This document shows, piece after piece, positions 28,882-38,083 of a DNA stretch of 64,000 bases (within the stretch, counting starts at the first letter, position 1; every line of letters starts with the position of its first letter). The stretch is from Desulfomonilia bacterium. Its GTDB lineage: Bacteria; Desulfobacterota; Desulfomonilia; UBA1062. Where the stretch lies: positions 832,001 to 896,000 of the forward strand of contig CAXXDQ010000003.1 in assembly GCA_963664325.2 (NCBI GenBank). Direction: 5' to 3'. Made by a program: the position numbers and the translations under genes. A model generated the notes under the pieces. The model did not search any database and had not been told where the DNA came from. It saw nothing but the letters and a program-made list of their open reading frames with translations.

Positions 28882-29044
28882 ATACCCTATAAGCATAACA
28901 CCAGATGGATGTTGTTTCCTGCAGCTTCAATTATCCGGCAGTAATTTTTTTGTTTTCCTCGATCATCAGAGCTAACCTTCACTCCATGACTCGTTTCGAT
29001 TTCTGCCGGTGTTTCGGCTCTCGACGAGGTGCTTCTGGAAGAGA

Positions 29045-29221
29045 TTATGATTGCACATCCCCACTGCAAACAGGACATTCTTCTTCGCCGCTGATCTGGC
29101 ATTCTACATTCGTGTTATTCGGGCCCTCAAGCAAATATGGCCTTTTGCACGCGGCGAGTATACTTTCAGCACTCTTAATACGCACTAACGCAATCAATTG
29201 GGGAACATGCCACTGCCTCAT
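29045..29221 (-). CDS. RiPP precursor peptide A3 (58 aa)
   Basis: MRQWHVPQLIALVRIKSAESILAACKRPYLLEGPNNTNVECQISGEEECPVCSGDVQS; same leader and Cys/Ser pattern. Confidence 0.82.
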   Translation of the reverse strand: MRQWHVPQLIALVRIKSAESILAACKRPYLLEGPNNTNVECQISGEEECPVCSGDVQS

Positions 29222-29433
29222 ACAAGCAATCATCTCCCTTACGCTTTAAGATACCATATGCTGTTAATTGATATTCCTTCCGACAAAAATCAACGATAAG
29301 TATAAAATATCAATCGATCGTCAGAAAGCAAGAAAAAACAGAGTTCACAGTTCAGGGTTAAAGGCTGAAGGTTCACAGTTCGTATTATATGGGTGGTCGG
29401 CGGGGACGGTCCCGGTTGCGGTGCGCTAAGCGT

Positions 29434-30546
29434 TTAAGGGCTGTTTCCTCCGTCCCTAATCGCTGCTGCCCTTGCGTGAGCCAACTCGCAGAAGTAGGGA
29501 GTTGCGCCGTCCAGTTCGCCTGTCTCCAAGTGCGCATGGGCAGGGCACCACAGGCACAGGTTTACTATTGGGCATTTGCGGCATGAGTCGAGGAAAGATC
29601 TTTTGTCAGAACGCATATCCCGGATTTTCGGAACAGCTTCCCAAGCGTCTTTCAGTGCGACCTTTCTTAGATCGCGGGTCGTTTCATCGGCCCACAACGA
29701 TGAGCAGAGGCGGAACCTTCCGTCATAGCTTACATTAAAGCTCCCGTTGCCTGCACCGCAGTGGAACAGGTGGTTGCAGTCGATGTGGCCGAACTTATCG
29801 TTTATCAATAAGCTGCAATTTTTTATCAAAGCGCCGAACCGCTCTTCATCTGACTTTTCCAGCTCGATCATCTCTGCAGGGGTCAAACGTTCAGAACGGA
29901 TTTCAGCGTTTCTTTTCTCGTCGCCGTCGAAACGCAGATGAAGCTGCGGATCGAACCTGAAAAAGTCTTTTGTCCGGGCGCGGCAGAAATCGGCAATTCT
30001 TTTCTGCTCGTGCAGGTTTGACCTGATTGCCATTGTCTTAAGCCTGATCCTGATGCCGTTTTTTATAAGCAGGTCAAGTCCAGTCATGAATTTTCCGAAT
30101 GATCCGGGGCGTCTGGTAACGCACTCATATGTTTCCTTTGTCACGCCGTATACTGTCGTTTCAATGTCACGCGGCGGGAATTTTTTAAAAAGCCTGATGT
30201 GTTCTTCATTCAGCAGGGCGGCGTTTGTAAAAACCGAAACCAGCAGTCCCTTTTTCTTCAGCATCATATAAATTTCGGTAAAATCCTGCCTTAGAAGAGG
30301 TTCTCCACCTGTTAACAAACACCAGACGGCTCCCATATCCACGGCCTGTGCGGCTATATCCGCGATCTCTCCGACGCTTAATTCTCCGGATAGGGCATCA
30401 TTGTCGCCGGCGGGCAGATTGATATAGCAGTGGCGGCAGTTCATATTGCATCTGGCGGTTATTTCGATATCAAAGGATATCGGAGAACGTTTTGACTTAA
30501 GCCTGTCCCAGAGGCCGAATCGCTGTATCTCAATCTTTTCAGACAC
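29434..30546 (-). CDS. Radical SAM/SPASM peptide maturase
   Basis: CNMNCRHC, TGGEPLLR, CGAG...C...CRKCPIVNLCLWCPA...C. Confidence 0.92.
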   Translation of the reverse strand: MSEKIEIQRFGLWDRLKSKRSPISFDIEITARCNMNCRHCYINLPAGDNDALSGELSVGEIADIAAQAVDMGAVWCLLTGGEPLLRQDFTEIYMMLKKKGLLVSVFTNAALLNEEHIRLFKKFPPRDIETTVYGVTKETYECVTRRPGSFGKFMTGLDLLIKNGIRIRLKTMAIRSNLHEQKRIADFCRARTKDFFRFDPQLHLRFDGDEKRNAEIRSERLTPAEMIELEKSDEERFGALIKNCSLLINDKFGHIDCNHLFHCGAGNGSFNVSYDGRFRLCSSLWADETTRDLRKVALKDAWEAVPKIRDMRSDKRSFLDSCRKCPIVNLCLWCPAHAHLETGELDGATPYFCELAHARAAAIRDGGNSP

Positions 30547-30555
30547 TTGTGAGGT

Positions 30556-30855
30556 TCAATTTTTTATGGAAAGGATGCGGCGGTTGACCATCTCAGAGGC
30601 AAAGCCTATTACATCCTTTTCTATCTCACCGGTATCAGATGAAAACTCGTCGGAAAGTTCAGCCGCAACTTGTCCAAGTGATTTCCCTCCGTCAAGCTTC
30701 TTCCATATGGCCTTGCCGGTATCGTTCAATGTGTACAATTCGTCGTCCGCATCTCCAATGCCTGCGATGAGCGGTACGATGATGATATCGCCCTCGATCT
30801 CCCGTGAAACTATGTCATCCGATAGTGTACAGATAGTTTTAGCATCAATATTCAT
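30556..30855 (-). CDS. PqqD-family RiPP recognition element
   Basis: VSREIEGDIIIVP...YTLNDTGKAIWKKLDG...EIEKDVIGF. Confidence 0.92.
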   Translation of the reverse strand: MNIDAKTICTLSDDIVSREIEGDIIIVPLIAGIGDADDELYTLNDTGKAIWKKLDGGKSLGQVAAELSDEFSSDTGEIEKDVIGFASEMVNRRILSIKN

Positions 30856-30881
30856 ATTTAGCAGTCTCCCGTTCCAATATA

Positions 30882-31058
30882 TTATGAAGGATTCCAGGTG
30901 CTGCAGTTAGGGCAACCAGGCCCCGTGTCGTTACATAGCCTGTCACTGATTGATGGACCCTCGTGGCCTCCGCCTTCGTCCTTGCAGGTGGCAAGGACAT
31001 TTTCTTCCGTATTGCTTCTCGCCAGTACTATAAGCTCGGGCTTCTTCCATCTTTTCAT
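30882..31058 (-). CDS. RiPP precursor peptide A4 (58 aa; not in ORF track)
   Basis: Manual translation MKRWKKPELIVLARSNTEENVLATCKDEGGGHEGPSISDRLCNDTGPGCPNCSTWNPS; AGGGAG RBS. Confidence 0.88.
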   Translation of the reverse strand: MKRWKKPELIVLARSNTEENVLATCKDEGGGHEGPSISDRLCNDTGPGCPNCSTWNPS

Positions 31059-31113
31059 CAGATATCTCCCTTTATTATAAATTAATTTTCAGTATCAAAA
31101 TTTCATTGTTTGT

Positions 31114-32277
31114 TCAATTGTGAACATATTCATCGGACTGACCGATTCTCTCCTTCCAATCCTCAACCTCCCAGCCGAATTCATTTTTAGCAAGCCAGCC
31201 CATCCACCGCGCCTGAGCATGTGCAGCCTCACAGAGATATTTGACTGGGGTATCAAGAGTCTGATGTTCGCTCCATGACTTTGCGGGGCACTGTTCGCAG
31301 AGTCCCTTCAGAAAACATAATGCACAGCGTTTCAGATATTCCGGGTTTTTCGCACGCATTTCTCTCAGATCCCTAAATTTGTCCAGGATTGTTTCAAGTG
31401 AATACTTGCATGTATCATATGTCAATTCAGGCGCCCGTACACCCATGCAGGGTTGTGCGGTGCCGTATGCATCGATGCACATGCCGCAGCCTGCCCCGCA
31501 CCTGAACAGATTTTCGCCCGGCGGTCCCATGAATTTCGATGCGAACTCGCTTGTGCTCTTTCTGAATTTATCAGCATCCCTTGTGAGGATTCTCAAGCCC
31601 TCCTCAGGTGACAGGCGGATTGATCTGATCATTGCGTTTTTTTCAACGTCATCGCATCTGTTCCTTAGGTCGAAGAACATCGAATAGCTCGGCCTTTTCG
31701 TCATCCATCGTATTGTCTCGGCCCATGCCTCAAACTCGTCCATCTCGTATCTGTTCTGAGGCAGAAGCGCCGACTTTATAATGAACGGGACTCCACGCTT
31801 GATAAGCAGATCGACACCGCGCCGGTACTGTTTGAACGAGCCTTTCGAGCGTGTCACAGCTTCATAGGATTTCTCATGCATGCCGTAGGAGGTTATTTCG
31901 ATTGTCACAAGCGGCGGGACGCGTTTGAAAAGCTCGGCAAGTCTCTCATCGATAAGCCTGGCATTAGTGAAAACAAGGACTTTCATGCCCAGCTTTCTTG
32001 CAAAAATGTAAAGCTCTTCGAAATCAGGTCTCAACAGCGGCTCTCCGCCGGTGAATCTTACCTTCATACATCCGAGCCTTTCGGCCTGAATGAGTATCTC
32101 CTTTATTTGTGCGGTGCCCATCTCGCTGTCTTTGGCCCTTCTGTCGTTTGCTGGTAGATTGATGCAGCAGTGGATGCAGTCGTTGTTGCACCTTTCGGTC
32201 AGTTCTATATCAAGACTGCCTAACTTTGGGGCAATCGGCTTATACATTCCTTTTATCTGCCTGATATATTCGCTCAT
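31114..32277 (-). CDS. Radical SAM/SPASM peptide maturase
   Basis: CNNDCIHC, TGGEPLLR, CGAG...C...CALCFLKGLCEQCPA...C; paralog of 29434-30546. Confidence 0.92.
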   Translation of the reverse strand: MSEYIRQIKGMYKPIAPKLGSLDIELTERCNNDCIHCCINLPANDRRAKDSEMGTAQIKEILIQAERLGCMKVRFTGGEPLLRPDFEELYIFARKLGMKVLVFTNARLIDERLAELFKRVPPLVTIEITSYGMHEKSYEAVTRSKGSFKQYRRGVDLLIKRGVPFIIKSALLPQNRYEMDEFEAWAETIRWMTKRPSYSMFFDLRNRCDDVEKNAMIRSIRLSPEEGLRILTRDADKFRKSTSEFASKFMGPPGENLFRCGAGCGMCIDAYGTAQPCMGVRAPELTYDTCKYSLETILDKFRDLREMRAKNPEYLKRCALCFLKGLCEQCPAKSWSEHQTLDTPVKYLCEAAHAQARWMGWLAKNEFGWEVEDWKERIGQSDEYVHN

Positions 32278-32293
32278 AGTTGTTATTGTAATA

Positions 32294-32467
32294 TTAACTC
32301 AATAGAATTTCACTGCATGTATCACAAGCTTGGTAACACACCCCGCTTTCATCTGCGGGTGAACTTATCGGCTCAACCCCTTTACAGGATGCCAGTGCCA
32401 TCTCTTCATGATTGCTCCGCACAAGTATGGTCAGTTCAGGTTTTTGCCATTCCTTTTTCTCTTCCAT
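32294..32467 (-). CDS. RiPP precursor peptide A5 (57 aa; not in ORF track)
   Basis: Manual translation MEEKKEWQKPELTILVRSNHEEMALASCKGVEPISSPADESGVCYQACDTCSEILLS. Confidence 0.88.
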   Translation of the reverse strand: MEEKKEWQKPELTILVRSNHEEMALASCKGVEPISSPADESGVCYQACDTCSEILLS

Positions 32468-32486
32468 CACTATTCTCGTTTTAAAA

Positions 32487-34508
32487 TTATTTTACACGCG
32501 CAGAAATCAGCATCTTTTCAATTTTTTCAACAATTACAGCTGACTTGTCAAAGTGCATTGTGAAGCATGGGATCTCATTTACTATCTGCTCCAGTACATC
32601 GAGTTCCTTTCGCCACCATTCGGCAGTTACCATTGGCCGTATAAGCGTTGCGAGAAGCCCTTTCCATACTGCCTTTTTATCGGAGAGAGGTTCGATTTTG
32701 TTTTTTGTGTCCTGTTTCAGAAAAAGGATCGCCTTTAGCGGAGCTGTTGAAGGAGATACATCTGCCGTAGTGCCGTGGCTCCATGTGCCGTGGACACGCC
32801 AGCCTTCAGGCCATTTTCTTATGACATTCCTGTCGTCGCAAAGGATCTCGGCATTCAATCCGCTTTCTTTCCTGGCCGCCTTCAGTATTTCCATTGCCGT
32901 TGACTTTCCCGCCTCGGAATGACCGACAAATACCAGGCCATGGCCGTTTATAATGGCGGCAGCCGAGTGTATGAGCACGGCGTTTCTGTCTGCAAGCAAG
33001 GGCCCAAGCCATATCTGGTCGGTCGGAAAGAGCGAGAGGGATTGAAATCCGGTATCTATTGTTCGCTCTTCGTCTCGTGGCGGGCTGTAGATTGTGGCAT
33101 GGGTATGGTCTGAATTGAATACAGCCACACGGTGCAGGCTGGGATCTTCGGGCCGGGGTGAGATGCCGAGATAATAGAACGCCCCGTTCTTTTCCGAGAT
33201 GGCCCATGGCGGCTTGCGGTAGATTTCCCGGCCAAGGTCTTTGCCGGTGAGGTCGGGAAGTTCGAAGTGGTGTCTTAATGTTACATTGTCATCGCCGGGT
33301 CCTGACACCTCGAATGCCTTCAGTTCTTCCTTGATTTTTATTATACTTAAATCAAGATCGCTTTCAATACGTACCGTGATGCCTGCAATCTGAAAATATT
33401 TTCTATGATTTTTCTTCCACATGGTCTTGAATTTCTGCGCTTCCTTCGCAACCTCACACAGATAAGGTACAGGTGCCGAAAACCTGCCTGTTTCAAGATA
33501 GGAATAAACCGCGCACCAGCGGCAGTCGGAACGATTGTCACACGAGCCGCAATTGTTGCGCCATTCCTCGCCTCCCCGAACCTTATCTGCGCAGGACGGG
33601 ATGAAAGCATCCCAGGCCTCTTTGAATGACCCTTTACGAATGTCATACCTCAAGGCAGGGTCTTTTATGAAGCTGCACCAGGACATCCCTCCATAGGGGT
33701 CGATATGAAAATCCCGGCGGCCTTCAATGCACCTGGCAAACAAACGGTCATCTCCGGGGGCGACAGATCCGCAGGCCGGATCATCTACTGCATTGTCATT
33801 CAATTCAGTTGTACGTTCATAATGCGAAAGATCTGGTTTGTCGAGTTCTATCACGTCACAGGGCTTAAGACGCTGACATGCAATTTCATGATTTCTCTCA
33901 GGGGAACCGCTGGATGACAGGTAGAGCCAGGGGGCACCGACACGCCAGTGTTTGCTGAGATGTTTCGCGAGTTCGATCATCTTATTCCACTGATGCCAAT
34001 TGGCGGCCATTGGAATGAGCTGGACTATAAAACCTGCACCTGCTTTCTTGAGATACGAAAAGCCCTGCATGACCTGTTCGAATCCGTGAGGATTGCCTGT
34101 AACATCCTCATATACCTTCGGGTCCGCTCCATAGAGGGCTATCATTTTACTGCCCTTGCGGGTAAGAAGACGGGCGATTTCATGGGTGATCAGCGTGCCG
34201 TTGGTGTTTATTGTGTATCCTATGGATTTGTTTGTTATGTAGTCGAATATATCGGCAAAATCCGGCCTGAGCATGGGCTCGCCGCCTGAAATTCCCCATT
34301 TCCTGCAGCCCATGCTTCGGGCTTCATCGATAATCCGCCTTATATTGTCAAAAGACATTTCTTCATTTTTCTCAGGGGAGTCCGCCGGAATCCTGAGCCA
34401 GCAGTGCCGGCACCGGTTGTTGCAGCGGTAGGTAAGATCTATATTCCCTTCAAGCGGGAGACGGGGCATGTATGAACACTTTCTTGATATATATGTCTTA
34501 TTATTCAT
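32487..34508 (-). CDS. Radical SAM/SPASM enzyme fused to HPr-kinase-like P-loop domain
   Basis: CNNRCRHC, SGGEPMLR, CGSCDNRSDCRWC; C-terminal IHSAA...GHSEAGKST...LCDDR. Confidence 0.9.
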   Translation of the reverse strand: MNNKTYISRKCSYMPRLPLEGNIDLTYRCNNRCRHCWLRIPADSPEKNEEMSFDNIRRIIDEARSMGCRKWGISGGEPMLRPDFADIFDYITNKSIGYTINTNGTLITHEIARLLTRKGSKMIALYGADPKVYEDVTGNPHGFEQVMQGFSYLKKAGAGFIVQLIPMAANWHQWNKMIELAKHLSKHWRVGAPWLYLSSSGSPERNHEIACQRLKPCDVIELDKPDLSHYERTTELNDNAVDDPACGSVAPGDDRLFARCIEGRRDFHIDPYGGMSWCSFIKDPALRYDIRKGSFKEAWDAFIPSCADKVRGGEEWRNNCGSCDNRSDCRWCAVYSYLETGRFSAPVPYLCEVAKEAQKFKTMWKKNHRKYFQIAGITVRIESDLDLSIIKIKEELKAFEVSGPGDDNVTLRHHFELPDLTGKDLGREIYRKPPWAISEKNGAFYYLGISPRPEDPSLHRVAVFNSDHTHATIYSPPRDEERTIDTGFQSLSLFPTDQIWLGPLLADRNAVLIHSAAAIINGHGLVFVGHSEAGKSTAMEILKAARKESGLNAEILCDDRNVIRKWPEGWRVHGTWSHGTTADVSPSTAPLKAILFLKQDTKNKIEPLSDKKAVWKGLLATLIRPMVTAEWWRKELDVLEQIVNEIPCFTMHFDKSAVIVEKIEKMLISARVK

Positions 34509-34884
34509 TTAATAATTTCATATATATTATTTTGTATTTATCAATAAGATTTATAGGCCAACGAATAAAAATGGTATGAAACAAGTATTCAACGTGATAC
34601 TTGAATCATATGCTGAAATCCCCCCGGTTACATATATGAATCTTCCCGGTATAGATATAGGAATATCAGCCCTTGAACCTGTTGTTTAGAATTGTTTTAA
34701 GATAGGTCATACTTCGGAACAGGGCGGTTATGATGTCATGGCCCGATCCATCAAATTTTTAAAATAATGCTAGAAAATATCAATGTGCTATAAAAGCATT
34801 ATATCAAGAGGGCTTGTCTTGTAGGCATATACTGCTATTATTAAAATATTATATAATTGTTTATTCAATTTGTGAGGGACGGAT

Positions 34885-36366
34885 ATGAAAAAATTGATCC
34901 TGCTTGTTTCAGTTCTGTTTGCCGGTTGTGTTCCTGCTGCAGTAAATGACGGAAAAGAACCGCCGGCCAACCAGTATCTTGCCGATTCACCATGGAATAT
35001 GACTCACCGGAATCCCTACTGCCAGGCGTCTTCCCCATATCCCGGACCGGACAAAGGCATAAGCGGCAAGGATTACATAATCGGGACGCCCGGCTGTATC
35101 ACCATGCCCATTTCAGGAAAATATCCTGACGGCAGCCGTGTCGTGTGGGGCAACAACCTGACAAATGTCTTCAAGCTGGGCACGAAAAACAACAAGTTAT
35201 CCGAGATCGATGAAATAAAAAAAGACTCAAGCGGCAGCGGAGACGGCGGCCTCGTCGAGAAGGGAATATCAGGTGCATATACTCTTATTGACAGGGACGG
35301 GGTGTTTTTCGTGCCCGATATGACAAGGATATTTGCATACTGCGATTCAGTAACGGGCGACCCGGGGTCAAAGATCAAAATAAAGGGTGTTTACAGCATT
35401 CCTGCCGGGTATCTGCATGGAGGTACGGATAAAATTGTCGGCCTTGTCATGACATATGACGGCATGCTCGTATTTGCAACGAACACGGGATTGATAGGTG
35501 CAGTTTCGCGAGGCTTCGACAGGGCATATTTCCTTTATCTCGGTGAGGATGATGAGTTGTCCAATTCAATTGCCTGCGATGAACAGGGTGGTATCTATGT
35601 CGTAACGAGCAGGAAGATGTACCGTGTCCAATGGACGGGGGCAGAGCTTACGACCGATGAAGCAAAAGGGGGCTGGACTGCCGATTATGAAACAGGCAGT
35701 GACCAGTCGGGGATTCGCCTCGGCAAGGGCTCAGGCACAACCCCGACACTTATGGGCGTGGGCAGACAGGACAGGTTTGTAGCCATAACCGACGGGAGTG
35801 AACTCATGAACATGGTTTTGTTCTGGCGTGATAAGATTCCTGAAGGCTGGCAACAGATTCCAGGTACAAAAGACAGGAGGATTGCAGCGCAGGTGCCGGT
35901 AAGGTTCGGCGACTCTGATGCGAAGCATTCGCAGACGGACCAGTCTCTGTGTGTCCGCGGTTACGGTGCCGTTGTTGTCAACAATGAACTCGGTGCAGAT
36001 CTTGGCAGCCGGACGCTCAACATCATTATTTCCGGGGTCCCAGGCATAGCACCCAAGGGCATTGAAAAATTCGAATGGAATCCTGAAACAAGGACGCTCT
36101 CATCTGTCTGGGCAAACAGGCAGATATCGATACCCAACGGCATACCCTGCATGAGCGCCGCAACCGGCCTTTGCTATGCAATCGGAAAGCGAGGCATATT
36201 CTGGACGCTCGAGGCTCTTGACTGGAATACAGGAGAATCTGTTTTTTATTCAAACATAGGAATAGGCCTTCAATACAACAGCGCATATGCAGCGACGCAG
36301 GTAGGGCTTGAAGGTTGCATATACTCCGGAACGGCAATCGGGCTTGTAAATCTCAGGCCTGAATAA
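34885..36366 (+). CDS. Hypothetical lipoprotein (probable beta-propeller)
   Basis: Lipobox LFAGC; beta-rich Gly/Trp motifs; fold is inference. Confidence 0.75.
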   Translation: MKKLILLVSVLFAGCVPAAVNDGKEPPANQYLADSPWNMTHRNPYCQASSPYPGPDKGISGKDYIIGTPGCITMPISGKYPDGSRVVWGNNLTNVFKLGTKNNKLSEIDEIKKDSSGSGDGGLVEKGISGAYTLIDRDGVFFVPDMTRIFAYCDSVTGDPGSKIKIKGVYSIPAGYLHGGTDKIVGLVMTYDGMLVFATNTGLIGAVSRGFDRAYFLYLGEDDELSNSIACDEQGGIYVVTSRKMYRVQWTGAELTTDEAKGGWTADYETGSDQSGIRLGKGSGTTPTLMGVGRQDRFVAITDGSELMNMVLFWRDKIPEGWQQIPGTKDRRIAAQVPVRFGDSDAKHSQTDQSLCVRGYGAVVVNNELGADLGSRTLNIIISGVPGIAPKGIEKFEWNPETRTLSSVWANRQISIPNGIPCMSAATGLCYAIGKRGIFWTLEALDWNTGESVFYSNIGIGLQYNSAYAATQVGLEGCIYSGTAIGLVNLRPE

Positions 36367-36429
36367 TATAGTTCAATTTAAAAACTCTGCGGCAGGTGAT
36401 CCTGTCATAACATGGCTTGGAGGTTGGGG

Positions 36430-38064
36430 ATGAGGAATGTAAGGGTAACTGGTTGTATTCCGGTTTTTATTCTGCTGCTGGCCGTTGCTGTTGCCGGATG
36501 CAATGTTTCCGGAAAGGTTACCGAAGCGGGCACTGGCATTGCCGGCCTTGCCGTGAAATTGAGCGGAGACAAAACCGCAAGCACAGTAACCGATGCCCAG
36601 GGCAATTATAAGTTTTCAGTCGGCTATGGGAGTTATACCGTAATCCCGGGCCCTGACGGGGGTGAGGTTTTCTTGCCTGCCGCCAGACAGGTCTATGTGA
36701 GAAGCTTTGGAGGGGCAAAAGCCGATTTTTCAAGGCTAAGCGATAACAACGTTTACTGGGACCCGTCGCTTGTGGTGCCGATCCAGTCACATCCTGATAT
36801 TCGTGGATTCAAAGTAATCAGGGGCCTGATCCATATGCACTCGATATATTCGCATGACGCGTGCGACAACAAACCTTTCATTGACGGCAAGCCCAACACG
36901 GAATGCCTTTGCCAGCTTCGCGAGGCTGTTTGCACGACCAATCAGCAGTTTGTGATGATGTCCGACCATTCCGACAATTTCGCATGGCATGAATTCCCCG
37001 ATGTATTGCTCTATCAGCCCGAAGAAGGTGACGAACTGGTCTATAAGGATGGCAGGCCGGTAGCGAATATAATCAAATGCGACTGCGGAAACAATACAAT
37101 AATAACTGCCGGAAGCGAAAACAACCTCATGCCCATAGGGCTCAAAAGGATGCCTGACGGCACTCCTGAAGAGCGGAACACGTTATTTAGGAGTACGAGT
37201 GTAGATACGGTGGATAAACTTCATGCATTAGGCGCCATGGTTTTTGTTACACACCCGGAAAGCTGGATAACTTCAGATCTGCTTGACCTGCCGATAGACG
37301 GCATCGACGTCTACAACCTGCATGCTAATATTGATCCCGGCATCAGAGAGGATTATTTAGGGCTTCCATCCCTTGGATTTATTCCGGGCATACTGGATAT
37401 GCTTACACCTTCATGGGCCGATGCCCACCCGGACCTTTTGCTGCTGAGTTTTCTTGAAGAATTGAAGCCCGATCTTACCCATTGGGACAAGCTCCTTTAC
37501 TATCGCCACACGACCGGTTTTATGGCAACGGATGCCCACCGGAATTCCCTGCCTTTCCTTCTTCCGGACGGAGACAGGGGTGACAGCTACCGCCGTATGA
37601 TGAGATGGTTTGCCAACTATGTCCTTGTAACGGACCGGGGTCTTGAAGAAATAGAAAACGCCGTCTATAAAGGCCGCATGTATGGTGCTTTCCAGGTGTT
37701 CGGTGAGCCGGTCGGATTTGATTTTTATGCCGAAGCAGGTAGCCAAACCTTTGAAATGGGAGATAATGTATCTTTGGCCGAGTCTCCCGTACTGCATATA
37801 AAAGCCCCCGAATTTTTCAGAATGGATCCTAGCCTCGATAAACCCGAACTGAGGATCAGCCTTATAAAGGCAGGTCAGGACGGAGGAACGGTGGTGGCAG
37901 GGAGTCTGAATTCAGACCTTGCTTACGCTGTGACCGAAAAAGGTGCATATAGAGCTGAAATCAGGATTGTTCCCTACCATCTCAGGAAATGGCTTGGAGA
38001 CCATACCAAACCGTTTATAAAGGAGTACCCCTTTATTTATGCAAACCCTATTTTTATAAATTGA
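36430..38064 (+). CDS. Lipoprotein with Ig-like N-terminal domain and PHP-like metallohydrolase domain
   Basis: Lipobox VAGC; T.TD..G.Y.F motif; IHMHSIYSHD, SDH, THP, TDAH metal ligands; start may be 36412. Confidence 0.75.
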   Translation: MRNVRVTGCIPVFILLLAVAVAGCNVSGKVTEAGTGIAGLAVKLSGDKTASTVTDAQGNYKFSVGYGSYTVIPGPDGGEVFLPAARQVYVRSFGGAKADFSRLSDNNVYWDPSLVVPIQSHPDIRGFKVIRGLIHMHSIYSHDACDNKPFIDGKPNTECLCQLREAVCTTNQQFVMMSDHSDNFAWHEFPDVLLYQPEEGDELVYKDGRPVANIIKCDCGNNTIITAGSENNLMPIGLKRMPDGTPEERNTLFRSTSVDTVDKLHALGAMVFVTHPESWITSDLLDLPIDGIDVYNLHANIDPGIREDYLGLPSLGFIPGILDMLTPSWADAHPDLLLLSFLEELKPDLTHWDKLLYYRHTTGFMATDAHRNSLPFLLPDGDRGDSYRRMMRWFANYVLVTDRGLEEIENAVYKGRMYGAFQVFGEPVGFDFYAEAGSQTFEMGDNVSLAESPVLHIKAPEFFRMDPSLDKPELRISLIKAGQDGGTVVAGSLNSDLAYAVTEKGAYRAEIRIVPYHLRKWLGDHTKPFIKEYPFIYANPIFIN

Positions 38065-38083
38065 TTGAATATTGAGTAAGTAA

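Noticed and set aside
28887-29044. Possible sixth precursor, and ORFs 28887-29102 and 28905-29249
   Set aside because: No leader motif or Cys pattern; these ORFs overlap A3 and look like shadows.
27345-32467. Precursors as small lipoproteins (L-x-G/A-C resembles a lipobox) or as metallothioneins/ferredoxins
   Set aside because: The segment before Cys is charged (EE), not a hydrophobic signal; Cys spacing is not ferredoxin-like; the RRE/rSAM context fits RiPP precursors.
24158-34508. Lasso peptide or PQQ biosynthesis cluster
   Set aside because: No asparagine-synthetase-like cyclase or transglutaminase-like B2 protease, no PqqB/PqqC, and no ExxxY core.
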